From Burkholderiales bacterium (GTDB taxonomy: Bacteria; Pseudomonadota; Gammaproteobacteria; Burkholderiales; SG8-41), in NCBI GenBank assembly GCA_035649495.1, contig DASRJL010000092.1, forward strand, positions 3,588-67,587: a stretch of DNA of 64,000 nt, read 5' to 3'. The notes beneath the pieces were generated by a model. That model saw only the letters and a list, made by a program, of their open reading frames with translations, ran no database searches and was not told the DNA's origin. Below, piece by piece: positions 12,101 to 17,858 of this stretch. Position 1 is the first letter of the stretch, and each line of letters starts with the position of its first letter. Both the position numbers and the translations under genes were made by a program.

Positions 12101-12601
12101 CTCCGGTTCGATATACGTTGCCCGCCAGTCCTCTGACCGGTCGGCAAGTGCGTCGGTCGCCAGGACTTGCAGACCGCGGTCTCCGAGGCCGCGCGAGAGC
12201 TGTTCGGAGTCGGCAAGCACGCAAAGCGCGGCTCCCGGCGCGCAATCTTCCAGCATGGTCAACAGCCGGGGATCGGTGCGCCGGGGATGAGGCGGATAGG
12301 CCGGGACGGCAATCGCGCCCGCGTACAGGCAGCCAAGAAACCCGACGATGAAATCCAGTCCCGCGCGATAGGTCAGTATTACCGGTTTGCCGGCGAGTTC
12401 GCGCTCTTGCAGCCAGGCGGCCACCGAGCGGGCCTGGCGATCCAGTTCTCCGTAGGTGAGACGTGCGGATTCACGCTCGCCGTCCGCCAGGAAAATGAAT
12501 GCCGTGCGTTCGCTCTGGTGCTCGCCTCTCCAGTGCAGTACCGAATTGAAGGTACCCCACTCCCCAAGCTCCCGGCCCTCGAACTGGTCCATGTCGCGCA
12601 A
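119..12601 (-). CDS. Giant FAAL-initiated type I polyketide synthase (4160 aa): FAAL-ACP-KS-AT-KR-ACP-KS-AT-KR-ACP-tandem GNAT/FemAB-like C-terminal domain; no DH, ER or TE domain
   Basis: Single uninterrupted ORF. FAAL signatures are LTYGELD, GLDFIVGFLGCLYAGAIAVPAYPP, YTSGSTGSPKGV and PKTSSGKI. There are two KS (DTACSSSL, HGT, KSNxGH), two AT (GHSAGE, GHSVGE), two KR (YLITGGxGxLG, YSAAN) and three carrier domains (LGLDSV, LGMNSI, VGLDSL). No HxxxGxxxxP dehydratase motif was seen. Confidence 0.95.
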   Translation of the reverse strand: MRDMDQFEGRELGEWGTFNSVLHWRGEHQSERTAFIFLADGERESARLTYGELDRQARSVAAWLQERELAGKPVILTYRAGLDFIVGFLGCLYAGAIAVPAYPPHPRRTDPRLLTMLEDCAPGAALCVLADSEQLSRGLGDRGLQVLATDALADRSEDWRATYIEPESVAHLQYTSGSTGSPKGVMITHGNLLHQCEYAREVSRCNVHSTEVSWQPFFHDMGLIAGLVGPTFCGALTVVMSPAAFLQSPIRWLRAISNYRGTGSSAPNFAYDLCVRGTTPSQREGLDLSSWEMTINGAEPVRADTLDRFSETFEPYGFRRRTHLPCYGMAETTLCTTAGRLDQDPVVTCFRRDRLDHGAAETCAPEEPLAIRLVSSGIMGGSMEVAIADPETLQRLPESRVGEIWVSGPSVARGYWKRPDETEATFNAHIAGEGEQSYLRTGDLGFLLNGELYVTGRLKDMIIIRGRNLYPQDIELAAQHSHEALQIDACAAFPLEVEDREELGIALEVKRSGRQRISSDEVFEAVRAAIGEQFGVAVHWLGLVQPGRLPKTSSGKIMRYACRLEHLSGGLALLSEWRAKSSEERDSPAPAAVAGLIELLRALPRADRHRVLVAHVQGEIARALELAALPDPRTGFERLGLDSVGAVALVNRLQDAIGNNVSLPATLLFDQPNIEALARYLEDVLFGEPARSPVPARADRLPDEPVAVVGLACRFPGAADADEFWRLLEEGRDAIREVPPERWNIEAYFDPDAGAVGKMNTRFGGFIDDIEGFDAAFFDISPREATSMDPQHRHLLEVAWLALEHAGIPPGRLDGRPAGVFMGLSTGDYERILTGRGPETTDAFMATGNAHSAAVGRLSFALGLQGPCVAVDTACSSSLVAVHQAVQSLRQGECEIALAGGVNAILRPELTVAFCKARLLSPDGRCRTFDASADGYVRSEGCGIVVLKRLSDARRDGDRILAVIRGSAVNQDGRSSGLTAPSGPSQTRVIADALSVAGIEPASVHYLECHGTATVLGDPIEVQAANAVLARGREPADALIIGSVKSNMGHLEAAAGIAGLIKVVLALQHGAIPRSLHFKVPNPHIPWASMPVKVAAETLPWARADSRTRIAGVSSFGFAGTNAHVVLEEAPRQEANDAGEPIVDASGPWLLALSARTQSGVKELAVRYAAWLRARDDAAISDICHAANTGRNHFEQRAVLICGSREAAQQKLGALAQGKPAPGLIAGTTLRERRPRVAFLFPGQGLQYTGMAQELYERAPAFRECLDRCAAAYDDFGREDGSPPLKSLMFDQDSAQLLKQTRYVQPALYALQVSLAALWQSWGVKPDAVLGHSAGEYAAACVAGVFRIEDGLRLIVDRARLMQTLPEGTMLSVTAPIETVEAAIAGDDTVHVSAYNGLNTVVSGPIGRLDVLAEQFDSKELYYAKLPASNAFHSPSIEPILDDYEACARRTEYSAPHTRLISTLTGKPLANDETPDAVYWRNQARQPVRFAQGIQALFEEVGCDIALELGPQAELVWLAQMSWRPEHPVLWASSLAKGRNAYEQVLTAAAQIHARGITLDFAVMAPGARARRTFALPSYPFQHERYWAGPMGGDIAAALGDSVYQVRWKASDGLPPSSAARQQRWLILAGEADLGAALEMALRARGQESVRSERIDGNATSPAAIRAMLETARRQAPVDHVVHVAGSFVDSDGGGDAVREAQSSGVMSALLVAQALISTREATRLWLVTRGVHAVLDDEQVEPTHAPVWGFGRTFAVEHPDRYGGLIDLALGRDSTATAADLAGALLRDDGGDQVAVRDGKSWTARFRREPVRDESPLRVRADAAYLITGGTGALGLMLARHLAGHGARQIVLTSRSGGNEAAGAVIKALADSGCRVDVYTADVSVHAEAERLMEQIRGAPGALPLRGIIHAAGVLEGAPIASQTRDLLASVMAPKVWGAWNLHHLACRHKLELDFFVLFSSAASLLGLRGHGNYSAANAYLDSLAHYRRGKGLPAVAINWGPWAEDGMATRMEAERWEEMGTHLIRPKLALRAFDLLAGSGAAQVCVQPMNVARWATLARAGRLPPILLRFLEELFLLAGVEGDIAGDSARRGAKRGPGELVRRLAALGPAERREALETHMRGRVGAVLGLTPESVDPEAGFFDLGMNSIMAVELRSTLQADIGDTVELQAAIIFNHPTVRRIAAYLLTSLSPGEERAPVPVRILDSSEAQAKALSCDATGLTQAIDSAVSEVLDPQRWSADLDESEENRFNRKALAAILSLQSEVDRLRSRTVEPVAVIGLSCRYPGANDPEAFWRIFDEGRDEITEIPASRWDAATHYDADPDMPGKMNTRWGGFLSDVEMFDAGFFGISPREALSLDPQQRILLEVAWEALENAGLAPRRLRGVRGGVFIGISVSDYAERVSRQDIGQLDAYVGTGNALCAAAGRLAFTLGWEGPALAIDTACSSSLVSLHEACASLRAGECDIALAGGVSLVLNPAVSMILSRAHMLSPDGRCKTFDTSANGYVRSEGCGVVALKRLRDAERDGDPILALIRGSAVNQDGRSSGLTVPNGVAQERVIADALANAGVAPADVQYLEAHGTGTPLGDPIEVQAADAVLSRGRDPSNPLLVGSAKSNIGHTETAAGIAGVIKVILALRHERIPKSLHYRTPNPHIPWEQLNLRIVTEPVPWPPGERRRIADVSSFGFVGTNAHVVIEEAPVRRVSARTGASIPERGACVLALSARTNGALGELAGRYLEALVRDSEVPLPDLCHAANTGRDHFEQRAALVFGDRERLTAQLTSLQQGLTDPGVHQGRLALRTTRHIAFLFTGQGSQFAGMGRDLYSTEPVFRDHFDRCAAEFSRLQGGAPGLHEIVFEDDGSGRLDETRYTQPALYALETSLAALLRSWGVEPDIVLGHSVGEYAAACTAGVFTLEEGMTLMVERGRLMQGLPSGGAMGAISVDAETVTAAFRAGTDVCVAAYNGAETVISGASEAVDELLQRFEADGQRCRRLATSGAFHSAWMDPILDPFKALASRISCQLPRKRLISNVSGDVVSDDTVLDATYWTEHIRKPVQFERSIRALQQLACDLVIELGPQPVLLGMGRRCWDSDREPVWVETLRRNRSDAEQIMTAVARIYAGGGDVDFAAVDAPWRDTRRRVSLPFYPFQRQRYWIDAPEPRVDAAPNPQSCLYHSVWEQKALPPAAREQRRATWLVLGDREGIAHELCRQLEGLGQRCVCAPADEPVPWSPQTLARLFDEANADESAPFGHVVHLRSLDGTRVESTDELRFAQKLGIESTLRLAQALIGSSWRGKLWVVTRGVHQVTGSDRIEPAQGPMWGLGRAIAMEQPELWGGLIDLPLDGDAAAVSSGLAQALQSGDDEDQIALRDGRRWVARVTRRQPPGAAQPLEVAADGTYLITGGLGDLGLQMARRLVARGARNLVLASRRMASDSAQETIADLVNNHDCTIRVIRADMSREADVSRLFGEIEASGLPVLKGIIHAAGVASLVPLENIDAEELERTLGPKVIGGWLLDRITRERGIKLSFFVCTASIASAWGAVSQAAYSAANAFLESLAESRKALGEAVTTISYGPWAGLGLMASSTEQGVAWLRRRGLSLLGPSLALDAMESLMVERVAHAAVADVNWATFRVHAEAQRPCPWLGRLGQTTETAGDDSASRRNASLAAELERLSSAPEVERIQLLATTIRTEISQVLGVHPQSLEDETSLFEVGLDSLMAVDLINRLRRRLRNTQFTPRLIYDNPTVSALAAAVGREFGAAPGSFASAEPPQGAGSASRAPDSSTPGDLAATEEAHYRTKNGPLYTYRRYRDGDRRGVLPSYAKCFGPTTASLLDAVFEWKYLDRPDQGPLVDILESSGEIVGWNGALPVRFKIEGETTPGVWSTDTHVAPDHRTVTGWFLHQVDENTPGIKLGMPNEAMYSIASAMESVIDLDQLQDLKTCLNLGGVLRARGANALLCWVSGLLYWPVPRAFDFGARLRADRSVTVSQIPHFDGRFDELWRTASRDYRGIMVRDQAFLSWRFDRCPNRGYTRYVADRDGKVVGYLVTRESRWKGGIRGRIVDYLVSREDTRAFDALVSAALRDFGARGAVSVACSVASTRTEHIRQLRRHGFLSSEPGARIVTSRGPHDAKLAAIRNWLFTYADGDIDYCEEESET
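122..1207 (-). other. PKS C-terminal ~360-aa tandem GNAT / FemAB-like acyltransferase-type domain occupying the position of a release (TE) domain
   Basis: Starts after a Pro/Ser/Ala-rich linker at HYRTKNGPLYTYRRYRDGD. The first half reads ILESSGEIVGWNGALPVRF...THVAPDHR. The second half reads MVRDQAFLSWRFDRCPNRGYTRYVADRDGKVVGYLVTRE...IVDYLVSREDTRAFDALVSAALRDFGARGAVSV...QLRRHGF, the pattern of GNAT-fold acyltransferases common in EPS loci. No GxSxG/His thioesterase signature. Assigned from motifs and memory only. Confidence 0.55.
1307..1549 (-). other. PKS domain: terminal ACP (Ser3720, codon 1442-1444)
   Basis: LFEVGLDSLMAVDLINRLRRRL. Confidence 0.85.
1847..2401 (-). other. PKS domain: KR2 catalytic subdomain (predicted A-type)
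   Basis: YLITGGLGDLGLQMARRL and YSAANAFLE. HAAGVASL replaces LDD. Trp is present in PKVIGGWLL. Confidence 0.8.
3257..4168 (-). other. PKS domain: AT2 (Ser2902, codon 3896-3898; specificity motif G-A-F-H at nt 3593-3604)
   Basis: FLFTGQGSQF, GHSVGEYAAACTAG, and GAFH in place of the canonical HAFH/YASH. Confidence 0.85.
4497..5776 (-). other. PKS domain: KS2 (active-site Cys2447, codon 5261-5263)
   Basis: EPVAVIGLSCRYPGA, DTACSSSLVSLH, EAHGTGTPLGDPIE, GSAKSNIGHTETAAG, FGFVGTNAHVVIEEAP. Confidence 0.9.
6017..6259 (-). other. PKS domain: ACP of module 1 (Ser2150, codon 6152-6154)
   Basis: FFDLGMNSIMAVELRSTL. Confidence 0.85.
6572..7126 (-). other. PKS domain: KR1 catalytic subdomain (predicted A-type)
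   Basis: YLITGGTGALGLMLARHL Rossmann motif and catalytic YSAANAYLD. HAAGVLEG occupies the LDD position. Trp is present in PKVWGAWNL. The roughly 280 aa upstream resemble only the KR structural subdomain. Confidence 0.8.
7967..8875 (-). other. PKS domain: AT1 (Ser1333, codon 8603-8605; specificity motif N-A-F-H at nt 8303-8314)
   Basis: FLFPGQGLQY, GHSAGEYAAACVAG, and NAFH where malonyl-specific ATs canonically carry HAFH. Confidence 0.85.
9212..10495 (-). other. PKS domain: KS1 (active-site Cys875, codon 9977-9979)
   Basis: EPVAVVGLACRFPGA start, DTACSSSLVAVH, ECHGTATVLGDPIE, GSVKSNMGHLEAAAG, ends FGFAGTNAHVVLEEAP. Confidence 0.9.
10532..10774 (-). other. PKS domain: loading ACP (Ser643, codon 10673-10675)
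   Basis: Motif FERLGLDSVGAVALVNRL located by reverse-complementing the DNA. Boundaries approximate. Confidence 0.85.
10832..12601 (-). other. PKS domain: fatty acyl-AMP ligase (FAAL) loading domain, approx aa 1-590
   Basis: Adenylation core motifs plus the FAAL-typical N-terminal block AGLDFIVGFLGCLYAGAIAVPAYPP. Followed directly by a carrier domain rather than a CoA-ligase terminus. Boundaries approximate. Confidence 0.85.
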
Positions 12602-13074
12602 GTATATAGATATACGGAACTTTGTAGAGCGCCATCGTCGGATCTGGCGTGCGACGAGCTGTGACTATTGTCACACCGCGCGACTCGCCGGTCAGATATG
12701 GAGACAGCAAAGCCTGTGCCAGCTCTGCAAGTCTTCGAGAATGGAGGTCGCGCCCCATGTTGGCGCGGACGCGTGCCCTCAAATCGCGCCGAAATTCCAC
12801 CGCTCGGACAAATTCGGGGTTGGATCCATCCCGACAAGTGCTGTACACAGCTGTGCGACAAAACTGCGCAATTGACCGGTAGCCGGACCGGCGATATAGT
12901 TTTTCCCAGCGGGATAGCGGCGTTTTGATTTCTGCTTTGTGACTACGATCTGCCTTGATTTGAACAATTTCTACCGGTTGTCGCATGGTATGTGACCGGG
13001 CACTACGGATCCCTGTTCATGAATGCGGTTGAAAGCGGGGGTATTTGCAGTCCTATTGCCGGAGACAATCGATC

Positions 13075-13902
13075 ATGCCATCCCTGAACTACATCCAGAA
13101 ATTCAAAATCCTTCACATCGCCAATCACATTGTCGGCCTTGCAGCTGTGTACATGGCCTTTTCCGCAGGAGCCTATTGGTGGTTCGCACTGGGCTTCGTC
13201 TGTTTCCTGTGGACCGGTATCGTGGGAGTCAACGTTTCCCTGCATAGATACTACGCACACAGGGCATTTACCACGACTCCATTCAGAGAAAAGATCCTGT
13301 TGATTTCCAGCGTGGTTACCAGCCTCGGCAGTCCGGCCATGTGGTGCTCGATACACAGACTGCATCATTCGACCAGCGACACCGGCACGGATCCGCACAA
13401 TCCGAAAAATGGAGCCCTGAAGTGCTGGTTTACCATCTGGCCTGCCATTTGCATGCCAAAAAGATTTGTAGCGCCTTTTCTCGGTACCCGTGCATTAAGG
13501 TTTGTTCACGAGAATTATTTCCTGATGAATTTCACGATTCTGACAGTGCTATGTCTGATAGACATCAAGCTGGCAGGGTTCTTGTACGCCTTGCCGGCAA
13601 TCGGTTGCTTTCATGGTGCCGGTGCCATCGGCGTATTGCCGCACGTAACCGGACGAGCACAGATAGGCTATCGCAGATACGATGTCAGCGACCTGAGCCA
13701 CAACAACGTGCTGGCTGCGATTCTGAGCCTGGGAGAAGGTTGGCATAACAATCATCACGCAAACCCGGGTCGTTGGTGGCAAGGCGAAACATGGTGGGAA
13801 GTGGATCCGCCGGCATTCATGATCAAGCACTTTTTCATGACCGACGCAAATAGAGAAAGGCGAGCCGCCCCGGCCGTGTCTCACGGCATGTCGAACAAAT
13901 GA
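13075..13902 (+). CDS. Membrane fatty-acid desaturase, Delta9 (stearoyl-CoA desaturase-like) family
   Basis: Three His boxes in SCD-type context: SLHRYYAHRAF, CSIHRLHHSTSDTGTDPHNP and LGEGWHNNHHANP. Hydrophobic N-terminus. GGAGA lies 9 nt before ATG 13075 (the ORF track starts at TTG 13045). GC is visibly lower than in neighbouring genes. Confidence 0.85.
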   Translation: MPSLNYIQKFKILHIANHIVGLAAVYMAFSAGAYWWFALGFVCFLWTGIVGVNVSLHRYYAHRAFTTTPFREKILLISSVVTSLGSPAMWCSIHRLHHSTSDTGTDPHNPKNGALKCWFTIWPAICMPKRFVAPFLGTRALRFVHENYFLMNFTILTVLCLIDIKLAGFLYALPAIGCFHGAGAIGVLPHVTGRAQIGYRRYDVSDLSHNNVLAAILSLGEGWHNNHHANPGRWWQGETWWEVDPPAFMIKHFFMTDANRERRAAPAVSHGMSNK

Positions 13903-14492
13903 GGAGTCGGAAGATGTCAATGACTTCCGGACACCTCGGTCAGAAATCTGCAGGCAATTTCGCGTCTTCGTCAAGTCATGGCTCAAGGGTTTTCGGTAAG
14001 TTGATTTCGGTGACCGTCGGCAGCGCCGGGGCTCCCGGCGCTTGCAGCGCGCCGGGTTCGCTGGGTGGAGCGCCCGCAGCACCTGCGTGAGTTGCGCCTA
14101 CAGCGCGGCGCCGTTCCCGAAGTGCACACGTAGGTGGAAGTACTGCCGGCGGATCACGGCTCTTCAATCGATCCGGTCTCATTTCCGCGACCGCGGGTCG
14201 TACAACCTCCGCGACACCGACCGCCGCCTCGTCGGACGAGATCTTCCTTACTTTGACACTGTTCGCCTGCCTTTCGGGCGTACTTACGACGGCAGGTGTG
14301 TAAAGTTACATTGACACGAACGGGTTCTCGTGGAGACACTCGGGTAGCGGGCGGATAACATCGTCTTTCTTCCGAAACCTAACTACCGTATCGTTAGCTC
14401 CTTTCGCATTCGAGATGTCCGAACGGGCTGACCACGAAAGCCGCCGGATACCGCGGTGAATCGGTGAGGAATCGGAGATAGAGCAAGGGCAT

Positions 14493-15350
14493 ATGGAAAT
14501 AACAACAGTTGCAGTGGTCGGTGCGGGCACCATCGGCCGTGGTCTCGCCCTTGACCTGGCCATGCGCGAGTATCAAGTCATTCTGAACGATGTCGCCGAG
14601 GACCTGCTCGAACAAGCGAGAGCAGCGATGCGCTCCGACTTGAAGTCCTATCGCATGCTGGTGCCGGAGTACCGGGAAGTCGATGACGAGGCGCTGCTCG
14701 GTCGGATACGCTTCGCGGCCGACCTGGCGGCGGTGGCGGGCGCAGGTTTCGTCATCGAGAACATCATCGAGCAGTACGACGAGAAGGCGCGCCTGTATGC
14801 GCGGCTCTCGGCGATTTGCGGAAAGGAAACCGTTTACGGGGTGAACACGTCCTGCATTTCGATCACGAAGCTAGCCCAGCACGTGCCCGATCCGTCGAGG
14901 ATGATCGGCATGCACTTCATGAATCCGGTGCCGATGAAGAAATTCGTCGAGATGATCCGGGGCGAGCGCACGTCCGAGCAGACCGTCGAGACCGCGACCG
15001 CGCTGGTGACGCGGCTCGGAAAGGATCACGTGCTCGTCAAGGACTTTCCCGGTTTCGTGGCGAACCGCGTGATGATGCTGGCGGTCAACGAATGCGCGTT
15101 CATCGTTCAGGACGCCGTGGCAACACCAGCGGATGTGGACAAGGTTTTCAGGCTGGCGTTCGGCCACGGCATGGGGCCGCTGGCGACGGCCGATCTGATC
15201 GGCCTCGACACCGTACTGAATTCCATTCTGGTCCTTTTCGACGAATACAAGGACTCGAAATATCGTCCGTGTCCGCTCCTGCAGAAGATGGTAGATGCCG
15301 GGAAGCTGGGCAGGAAGAGCGGGCAGGGGTTCTTCAAATATTCCAGGTAG
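14493..15350 (+). CDS. 3-hydroxyacyl-CoA dehydrogenase family protein (FkbK/ZmaG-like step of hydroxymalonyl-ACP synthesis)
   Basis: N-terminal Rossmann VAVVGAGTIGRGLA and the HFMNPVP motif typical of 3-HADH. Positioned directly upstream of the FkbH-like gene. Confidence 0.8.
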   Translation: MEITTVAVVGAGTIGRGLALDLAMREYQVILNDVAEDLLEQARAAMRSDLKSYRMLVPEYREVDDEALLGRIRFAADLAAVAGAGFVIENIIEQYDEKARLYARLSAICGKETVYGVNTSCISITKLAQHVPDPSRMIGMHFMNPVPMKKFVEMIRGERTSEQTVETATALVTRLGKDHVLVKDFPGFVANRVMMLAVNECAFIVQDAVATPADVDKVFRLAFGHGMGPLATADLIGLDTVLNSILVLFDEYKDSKYRPCPLLQKMVDAGKLGRKSGQGFFKYSR

Positions 15351-15373
15351 CTGCGACGCGGCGGAGGGCGGGC

Positions 15374-16423
15374 ATGCAGGGTTCAACTGTGAAGTGCGTA
15401 GTGTGGGACCTCGACAATACGATCTGGGACGGCATTCTGATGGAGGATCCCGTCGTGCGCCTTAAGCCGCGCGTGCGCGACGTGCTCGATACGCTGGACC
15501 GACGCGGCATCCTGCATTCGATTGCGAGCCGTAACGATCGGGATCTGGCGCTGGCGAAACTGCGCGAGTTCGGAATTGCCGATTATTTTCTCTATCCGGA
15601 GATTCGCTGGGATGCCAAGTCCGCGTCCGTGACCAGGATCCAGAAGAACCTCAACGTCGGTTACGACACGATATTGTTCCTCGACGACCAGCCGTTCGAG
15701 CGCGACGAGGTCGCGAGTGTTCACGGCGAGATGTGGTGCCTCGACAGCTGCCGTTACCTCGACATCCTGGAGCATCCCCGCCTGCAGCCCAAGTACGTGA
15801 CCGACGAGTCGGCGATGCGCCGCCGCATGTATATCGAGGACATGGCGCGCCGCGAGGAGGAACAGGCGTACGCGGGGCCCAAGGAAAGCTTCCTGCGCCA
15901 GCTGAACATGGTGTTCGACATTGCCGAGGCGCAGGAGAGCGACCTGGTGCGGGCGGAAGAGCTGACCTACCGGACCAATCAGCTGAACGCCACCGGCGAG
16001 AGATATACCGTGGAGTCGCTGGATGCGATGCGGCGTGACCCACGGTATAAAATCCTCGTGTGCGAGCTAAAGGACAAATATGGCAGCCACGGCAAGATCG
16101 GGCTCGCGCTGATCGAGCAGTCGCCGCACACCTGGAACCTCAAGCTGATGCTGTTTTCTTGCCGCGTGCTTTCGACAGGTGTCGGAGCGGTGCTGCTGAC
16201 GTACCTGAGGAACGCGGCGCGGAATCACGGCATCCGGCTGCTCGCCGATTTCAGGGACACCGGCTACAATCGCATGATGCGGCTGTCCTATATGGTCGCC
16301 GGTTTTGCGGAAAAAGAGCAACGCGACGACGGACTCGTCGTGCTGGAAAACGATCTGAAGGACGTTCCGCACTTGCCGGACTTCCTCGAGATCCGGAGCA
16401 ACGTGAAGTGGAGCGCTTTGTGA
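15374..16423 (+). CDS. FkbH-like HAD-superfamily phosphatase/glyceryl-ACP loading enzyme
   Basis: HAD motif I VVWDLDNTIWDG, SRND, FLDDQPFERDEV, and a C-terminal GNAT-like half typical of the FkbH family. The in-frame upstream part of ORF 14816..16423 overlaps the previous gene, so I chose ATG 15374. Confidence 0.8.
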   Translation: MQGSTVKCVVWDLDNTIWDGILMEDPVVRLKPRVRDVLDTLDRRGILHSIASRNDRDLALAKLREFGIADYFLYPEIRWDAKSASVTRIQKNLNVGYDTILFLDDQPFERDEVASVHGEMWCLDSCRYLDILEHPRLQPKYVTDESAMRRRMYIEDMARREEEQAYAGPKESFLRQLNMVFDIAEAQESDLVRAEELTYRTNQLNATGERYTVESLDAMRRDPRYKILVCELKDKYGSHGKIGLALIEQSPHTWNLKLMLFSCRVLSTGVGAVLLTYLRNAARNHGIRLLADFRDTGYNRMMRLSYMVAGFAEKEQRDDGLVVLENDLKDVPHLPDFLEIRSNVKWSAL

Positions 16424-16671
16424 GAGAAAAGATCCGCGCGATGGTCGAGAGCAATCTCAACATCTTCCAATCCGACATTGTGTTCAGCGACGACGACAAT
16501 ATTTTCCGCAAGGGCTTCGTCGACTCGCTGTTCGCCGTCCAACTGATCGCTTATCTCGAGCAGGAATTCGGTATCAAGGTCGGCAACAAGGACCTCGACA
16601 TCAACAATTTCCACTCCGTGAGCAAGATGGTGAGCTTCGTCGAGCGCAAGAGCCAGGAGCGGGCCGGTTGA
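16420..16671 (+). CDS. Discrete acyl carrier protein (FkbJ/ZmaD-like)
   Basis: 83 aa with GFVDSLFAVQLIAYLEQEFG (DSL phosphopantetheine site). GTG start overlaps the FkbH stop (GTGA at 16420-16423), suggesting translational coupling. Confidence 0.75.
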   Translation: MREKIRAMVESNLNIFQSDIVFSDDDNIFRKGFVDSLFAVQLIAYLEQEFGIKVGNKDLDINNFHSVSKMVSFVERKSQERAG

Positions 16672-16681
16672 CGGTGGTCCG

Positions 16682-17827
16682 GTGAAGATCGGGCTGGATG
16701 AGCGCCAGGGCCGGATCGTAGACGAGGCGGCGGATTTTGCACGGACGGTGCTGAAACCGCGGGCGGGCAGCAGCGACGCGAGCGGTGTCTTTCCGCGGGA
16801 CGTACTGGCGCAGATGGCGGAGAGGGGCTACCTCGGTGCCACGCTGCCGCGTGAGCACGGCGGGCTCGGACTCGATCCGGTTGCGTACGGATTGCTGGTG
16901 GCAGCGGTGGAGAAGGGCGACTCCAGCGCGAGCCGGCTGTTGACGGCGCACGTCGCGCTGGTGGGCGAGACAATACTCAAGTGCGGCAGCGAGACCCAGA
17001 TCCGCAGGTGGCTACCGCGCCTGGCGCGCGGACAGACCCTCGGCGCGTTCTGCCTGACGGAACCCGAGCATGGGTCGGACGCGGCGGGCATCCAGACCGC
17101 GTACACAGTGCACGGTGACGCGTTCCGGTTGAACGGACGCAAGCGCTGGATCACGTTCTCCGGCATTGCGGACCTGCTGCTGGTGATGGCCCGCAGCGGC
17201 GAAGCCGTTTCCGCGTTCCTCGTGGAGCGTGACGCGGGCGGCCTATCTTTCGAGCCCCAGAGGGGCTTGATGGCTGGCCGGGCATGTCACATCGGCGAAG
17301 TCGTGCTGAACGATGTGGTCGTGGGGCAGGAAAGCCTGCTCGGCCAGGCCGGGCAGGGCTTCAGCTACGTGGCCAATACCGCTCTGGATCAGGGGCGCTA
17401 CTCGATTGCGTGGGGGGGGGTCGGATTGGCCGAAGCCGCGCTGGACGCAATGGTCGCCTATGCCCGGAACCGCAAGCAGTTTGGCGAGAGCATCGCCACC
17501 TTCCAGCTGGTTCGCGAAATGATCGCGGAGGCCGTGGCGCGGCTCTACGCCGCGAAGAGCCTGTGCTGCAGGGCAGGGGAAATGCGCCGGTCCGGCAGCC
17601 CGGAAGCAATCATCGAGACCACGATCGCGAAGCACTTTTCCGCCGGAGCGGCCTTCAAGACGGCATGCGACGCCGTGCAGGTTCACGGTGGAAATGGTAT
17701 CAGCAGCGAGTACCCCGTCGAGCGTTACATGCGCGAGGCCAAGGTCCTCGAGATCATCGAGGGCACGTCCCAGATCCAGCAGATCGTAATCTCGATGCAT
17801 GGGCTCCGACGTTACGGGCGCGCCTGA
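16682..17827 (+). CDS. Acyl-CoA (acyl-ACP) dehydrogenase family flavoprotein (FkbI/ZmaE-like)
   Basis: 381 aa. Typical ACAD blocks include GAFCLTEPEHGSDAAG, the C-terminal QVHGGNGISSEYPVERYMREAKVLEIIEGTSQIQ and the catalytic Glu context. Confidence 0.85.
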   Translation: MKIGLDERQGRIVDEAADFARTVLKPRAGSSDASGVFPRDVLAQMAERGYLGATLPREHGGLGLDPVAYGLLVAAVEKGDSSASRLLTAHVALVGETILKCGSETQIRRWLPRLARGQTLGAFCLTEPEHGSDAAGIQTAYTVHGDAFRLNGRKRWITFSGIADLLLVMARSGEAVSAFLVERDAGGLSFEPQRGLMAGRACHIGEVVLNDVVVGQESLLGQAGQGFSYVANTALDQGRYSIAWGGVGLAEAALDAMVAYARNRKQFGESIATFQLVREMIAEAVARLYAAKSLCCRAGEMRRSGSPEAIIETTIAKHFSAGAAFKTACDAVQVHGGNGISSEYPVERYMREAKVLEIIEGTSQIQQIVISMHGLRRYGRA

Positions 17828-17858
17828 GGCGTGCGTGCCGTCGCTCCGGCTCACGCGC

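Noticed and set aside
12471-12986. 171-aa minus-strand ORF upstream of the PKS whose first ~60 aa vaguely resemble a ribbon-helix-helix regulator (AEIKTPLSRWEKLYRRSGYRSIAQFCRTAVY)
   Set aside because: It has no Shine-Dalgarno sequence and would overlap the PKS start by about 130 nt, and its C-terminal two thirds look like noise. It might be a decayed regulator but cannot be supported.
13899-14314. Small ORFs (63 aa and 90 aa) in the desaturase-HADH gap
   Set aside because: They have no RBS and no family resemblance, and their composition is consistent with random GC-rich sequence. The gap is reported as a finding instead.
14321-14350. TTGACA hexamer (14321-14326) as a possible -35 box for the hydroxymalonyl operon
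   Set aside because: No acceptable -10 element occurs at 16-19 bp spacing.
14816-15373. In-frame N-terminal extensions suggested by the ORF track. This one belongs to the FkbH-like gene; others are 37789-38250, 57757-58083, 24081..26150, 45834-45938, 47500-47760 and 63535-63735.
   Set aside because: The extensions overlap the preceding, well-supported genes or lack an RBS. Homology-like sequence begins only at the internal starts I chose.
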